This document shows positions 61,841 through 64,000 of a stretch of DNA of 64,000 nucleotides, piece by piece. This DNA comes from a candidate division WWE3 bacterium (lineage in GTDB: Bacteria > Patescibacteriota > WWE3 > 2-01-FULL-39-13): contig CALRDH010000002.1 of the NCBI GenBank assembly GCA_943354835.1, positions 42,270 to 106,269 of the forward strand. Reading direction: 5' to 3'. The notes under the pieces are model-generated. The model was not told the DNA's origin and did not search any database. It saw only the letters and a list, made by a program, of their open reading frames with translations. How positions within the stretch are numbered: position 1 is the first letter of the stretch; every line of letters begins with the position of its first letter. Both the position numbers and the translations under genes were made by a program.

Positions 61841-62653
61841 TTACTTTGCTTCTGCCAACTTCTGAATAGTCTTATTTTTCAATAAAACAGCTTTTATATA
61901 CATTCTTTGATCTGGATTTGATAAAGCTTTTTTACTTGCTTCGTCAGGAATTGCAGAAAGTGTTTTCTCGACTTCTTCATCTGAAATCGTAACGCCTTCT
62001 TTATCAGCGATTTCTGTAATTATGAAATCAGATTTAATATTTTTTTCAGCTGATTTTGCATATTCATCTCTTAAACTTTGAGGGTTTTTGCTTTGTGACT
62101 CCATATACTTATCAATTGTTAGTCCAAGTCTTGCTAATTGATCAATTAAAGAAGACATCATTCTGTCTGTTTCTTCGGTTATAAGCTCTGATGCAACCTT
62201 CACTTCTGAACATTTTAAAACTGCATCTATAATTTGCTGAACGCTTGGACTTTCTTTTTCCTTAGTTTCGATTTTGGAAATTTCGGCTTTGTAATCTCCA
62301 AGTTTAATTTCAGGAGCCTCTATAATTGTTACTGTAAACTTTAAATCCTTGTCTTCTTCAAATTCAGTAATATTAAATCTTGGATAAACAATTGGTTTAA
62401 GCTTATTTTCTTTAACAACATTTGAATAAGCATCTGACAAAATGTGATTTAATGCGTGACTTCGAAGCTTTGCCTGATCTATATTCTTTTTAACAACATC
62501 AAGTGGAGCTTTGCCTTTTCTAAATCCTTTAATTTCGATATCTTTGGCTTCATGCTCTAAAGCCTCATTAAGAGAACTATTAACTTTATCCTTCTCTATA
62601 ACAACTTCGGCCTTGTAAGTATTATTCTCGGCTTTGTTTATTGTGATTTGCAT
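61841..62653 (-). CDS. tig: Trigger factor lacking the FKBP PPIase domain
   Basis: GFRKGKAP ribosome-binding signature; 270 aa; upstream of clpP. Confidence 0.9.
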   Translation of the reverse strand: MQITINKAENNTYKAEVVIEKDKVNSSLNEALEHEAKDIEIKGFRKGKAPLDVVKKNIDQAKLRSHALNHILSDAYSNVVKENKLKPIVYPRFNITEFEEDKDLKFTVTIIEAPEIKLGDYKAEISKIETKEKESPSVQQIIDAVLKCSEVKVASELITEETDRMMSSLIDQLARLGLTIDKYMESQSKNPQSLRDEYAKSAEKNIKSDFIITEIADKEGVTISDEEVEKTLSAIPDEASKKALSNPDQRMYIKAVLLKNKTIQKLAEAK

Positions 62654-62667
62654 AATTATTCTTAAAA

Positions 62668-62886
62668 TTAACTACTTGGTTCCTCGTAGACCGATGTGAA
62701 CTCATCAACAATTTCATATACGATGCTCCATTTTATAAGATTTCCACCATACTGCTCCAACAAATCTTTTGTATTAGGAGCTTTTGGCAAATTTAAGTTC
62801 GCGTACCATGCTTCATACCAATCTGTATAACTCCTTTGAATACGTCTTAGCTCCTCTTCCGAGATCTCTGCTGTTTCCTCACTCAT
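62668..62886 (-). CDS. Small hypothetical protein
   Basis: 72 aa, overlaps upstream permease stop, 14 bp before tig. Confidence 0.5.
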   Translation of the reverse strand: MSEETAEISEEELRRIQRSYTDWYEAWYANLNLPKAPNTKDLLEQYGGNLIKWSIVYEIVDEFTSVYEEPSS

Positions 62887-64000
62887 ATCTTAATGCTTCA
62901 ATTGGATCTTTCTTACTCGCTTTGACTGCAGGATAAGTCCCGAAAATTATACCGACAAATGCTGCAAATGAAAAGGCGATTGCAACAGACCACCATGGAA
63001 CTTCTGTCCTTATATATGCTCGACCCGCAAATGATGCAAGCCAACCTATCATAATTCCAATCGAACCTCCGGTGACGCTTAAAAGTACAGATTCAATCAA
63101 GAATTGTAGTGCCACATCAAAAGGAGTTGCTCCAAGAGCTTTTCTAAGACCAATTTCGCGAGTTCTTTCAGTCACAGAAACAAGCATAATATTCATAATC
63201 CCAATTCCTCCAACTAGAAGCGAAATTCCGGCGATTGCGCCAAGTCCTATTGTTAACATTTGTAAAATATTTTGAATAGTTGCCAAAATATCGGCTTGAG
63301 ATAAAACTGTAAAATCATCGTCTTCTAAATCTCGAAGTAATGCTTTCTCGATTAATTTTGTAGCACTGTTTAGGTCCTTGTCGGCTTTTACTTTTACAAC
63401 AATTCGGCTTATATTTTTTAATTCAAATGAATTTATCGCAGATGTATAAGGAACAACAACTTGTTCATCAAAATCACTGCCCTTTTCTTTTGAAGTACCA
63501 ATTACAACATAACTATCTCCGCTAATCTTTATACTTTGACCTATTGGACTTTGATTTGGAAATAATTCATCTTTAACAGATTTCCCTAAAATGGCGACTC
63601 GGCTTCCTGACCTAACATCGGCTCTTGTAAAAAAAGCGCCTTCATCTATTGAATAATCAAATAAATATTTACCTTCTTCGTTTATACCTGTAACTGCCGC
63701 ATTATAATATTTAGTTTTATATTTTACCGTTTCGCTTACATTCACCATTGGAGTTATTTGTTCGACAATATCCGTGGCATGAGTCTGAATTAACTTAATA
63801 TGTTTTTCTTCTAATTTATTTCGGCTAAATGAATTTCCAGGATCCCTGCCAAATGAAACTTTTCCTGGTGAAACAAATAATAAATTTGAGCCCAATGCAT
63901 CAAACTGATCTGTTATGTAATTTTGAATGCCACGTCCAATAGAAATCAATAAAATGACTGCGGAAACTCCGATAATAACGCCAAGCATAGTTAGAAAAGT
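62879..64000 (-). CDS. MacB/FtsX-type ABC permease, 5'-truncated by window edge
   Basis: LGVIIGV, ISLLVGGIGIMNIMLVSVTERTREIGLRKALGA, DPIEALRYE. Confidence 0.93.
   Translation of the reverse strand, partial: TFLTMLGVIIGVSAVILLISIGRGIQNYITDQFDALGSNLLFVSPGKVSFGRDPGNSFSRNKLEEKHIKLIQTHATDIVEQITPMVNVSETVKYKTKYYNAAVTGINEEGKYLFDYSIDEGAFFTRADVRSGSRVAILGKSVKDELFPNQSPIGQSIKISGDSYVVIGTSKEKGSDFDEQVVVPYTSAINSFELKNISRIVVKVKADKDLNSATKLIEKALLRDLEDDDFTVLSQADILATIQNILQMLTIGLGAIAGISLLVGGIGIMNIMLVSVTERTREIGLRKALGATPFDVALQFLIESVLLSVTGGSIGIMIGWLASFAGRAYIRTEVPWWSVAIAFSFAAFVGIIFGTYPAVKASKKDPIEALRYE

Noticed and set aside
1-64000. CRISPR array, rRNA or integron attC array
   Set aside because: No regularly spaced repeats, rRNA-like sequence, tyrosine integrase or attC-type sites seen; the repeats found are isolated pairs

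Overview
AT-rich bacterial chromosome segment, most likely Patescibacteria/CPR (inferred from the C1:G72 tRNA-Tyr, shortened tig and pheT, and apparently leaderless housekeeping genes). Core genes lie at both ends: PMM, truB and Trx/CcdA-MsrAB on the left; aspS, LCP, PBP1A, thrS-infC-rpmI-rplT-pheST, manC, clpP and tig on the right. There are four tRNAs (Lys, Glu, Tyr, Val). The centre is a ~28.2-kb ICE-like element (8445-36674) integrated in the 3' end of tRNA-Glu. It carries a large serine recombinase, a VirD4-like ATPase, a Replic_Relax-type protein, a minimal VirB2/VirB6/PrgI/VirB4/M23 module, a radC/DUF2958 cassette behind a large ssDNA-type hairpin, and a type I RM operon whose hsdM is split by an IS1016-like element. 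The recombinase gene runs through its own att site. Integrated, it ends in a 15-aa tail read antisense from the tRNA; in the predicted excised circle it gains an open 47-aa tail and abuts a PLD-nuclease gene. In tandem is a ~1.45-kb integrase-less element (36666-38116) that keeps only att-like ends plus one AAA-ATPase gene. Several cargo blocks are bounded by duplicated snippets of nearby DNA. No CRISPR array or rRNA was seen.
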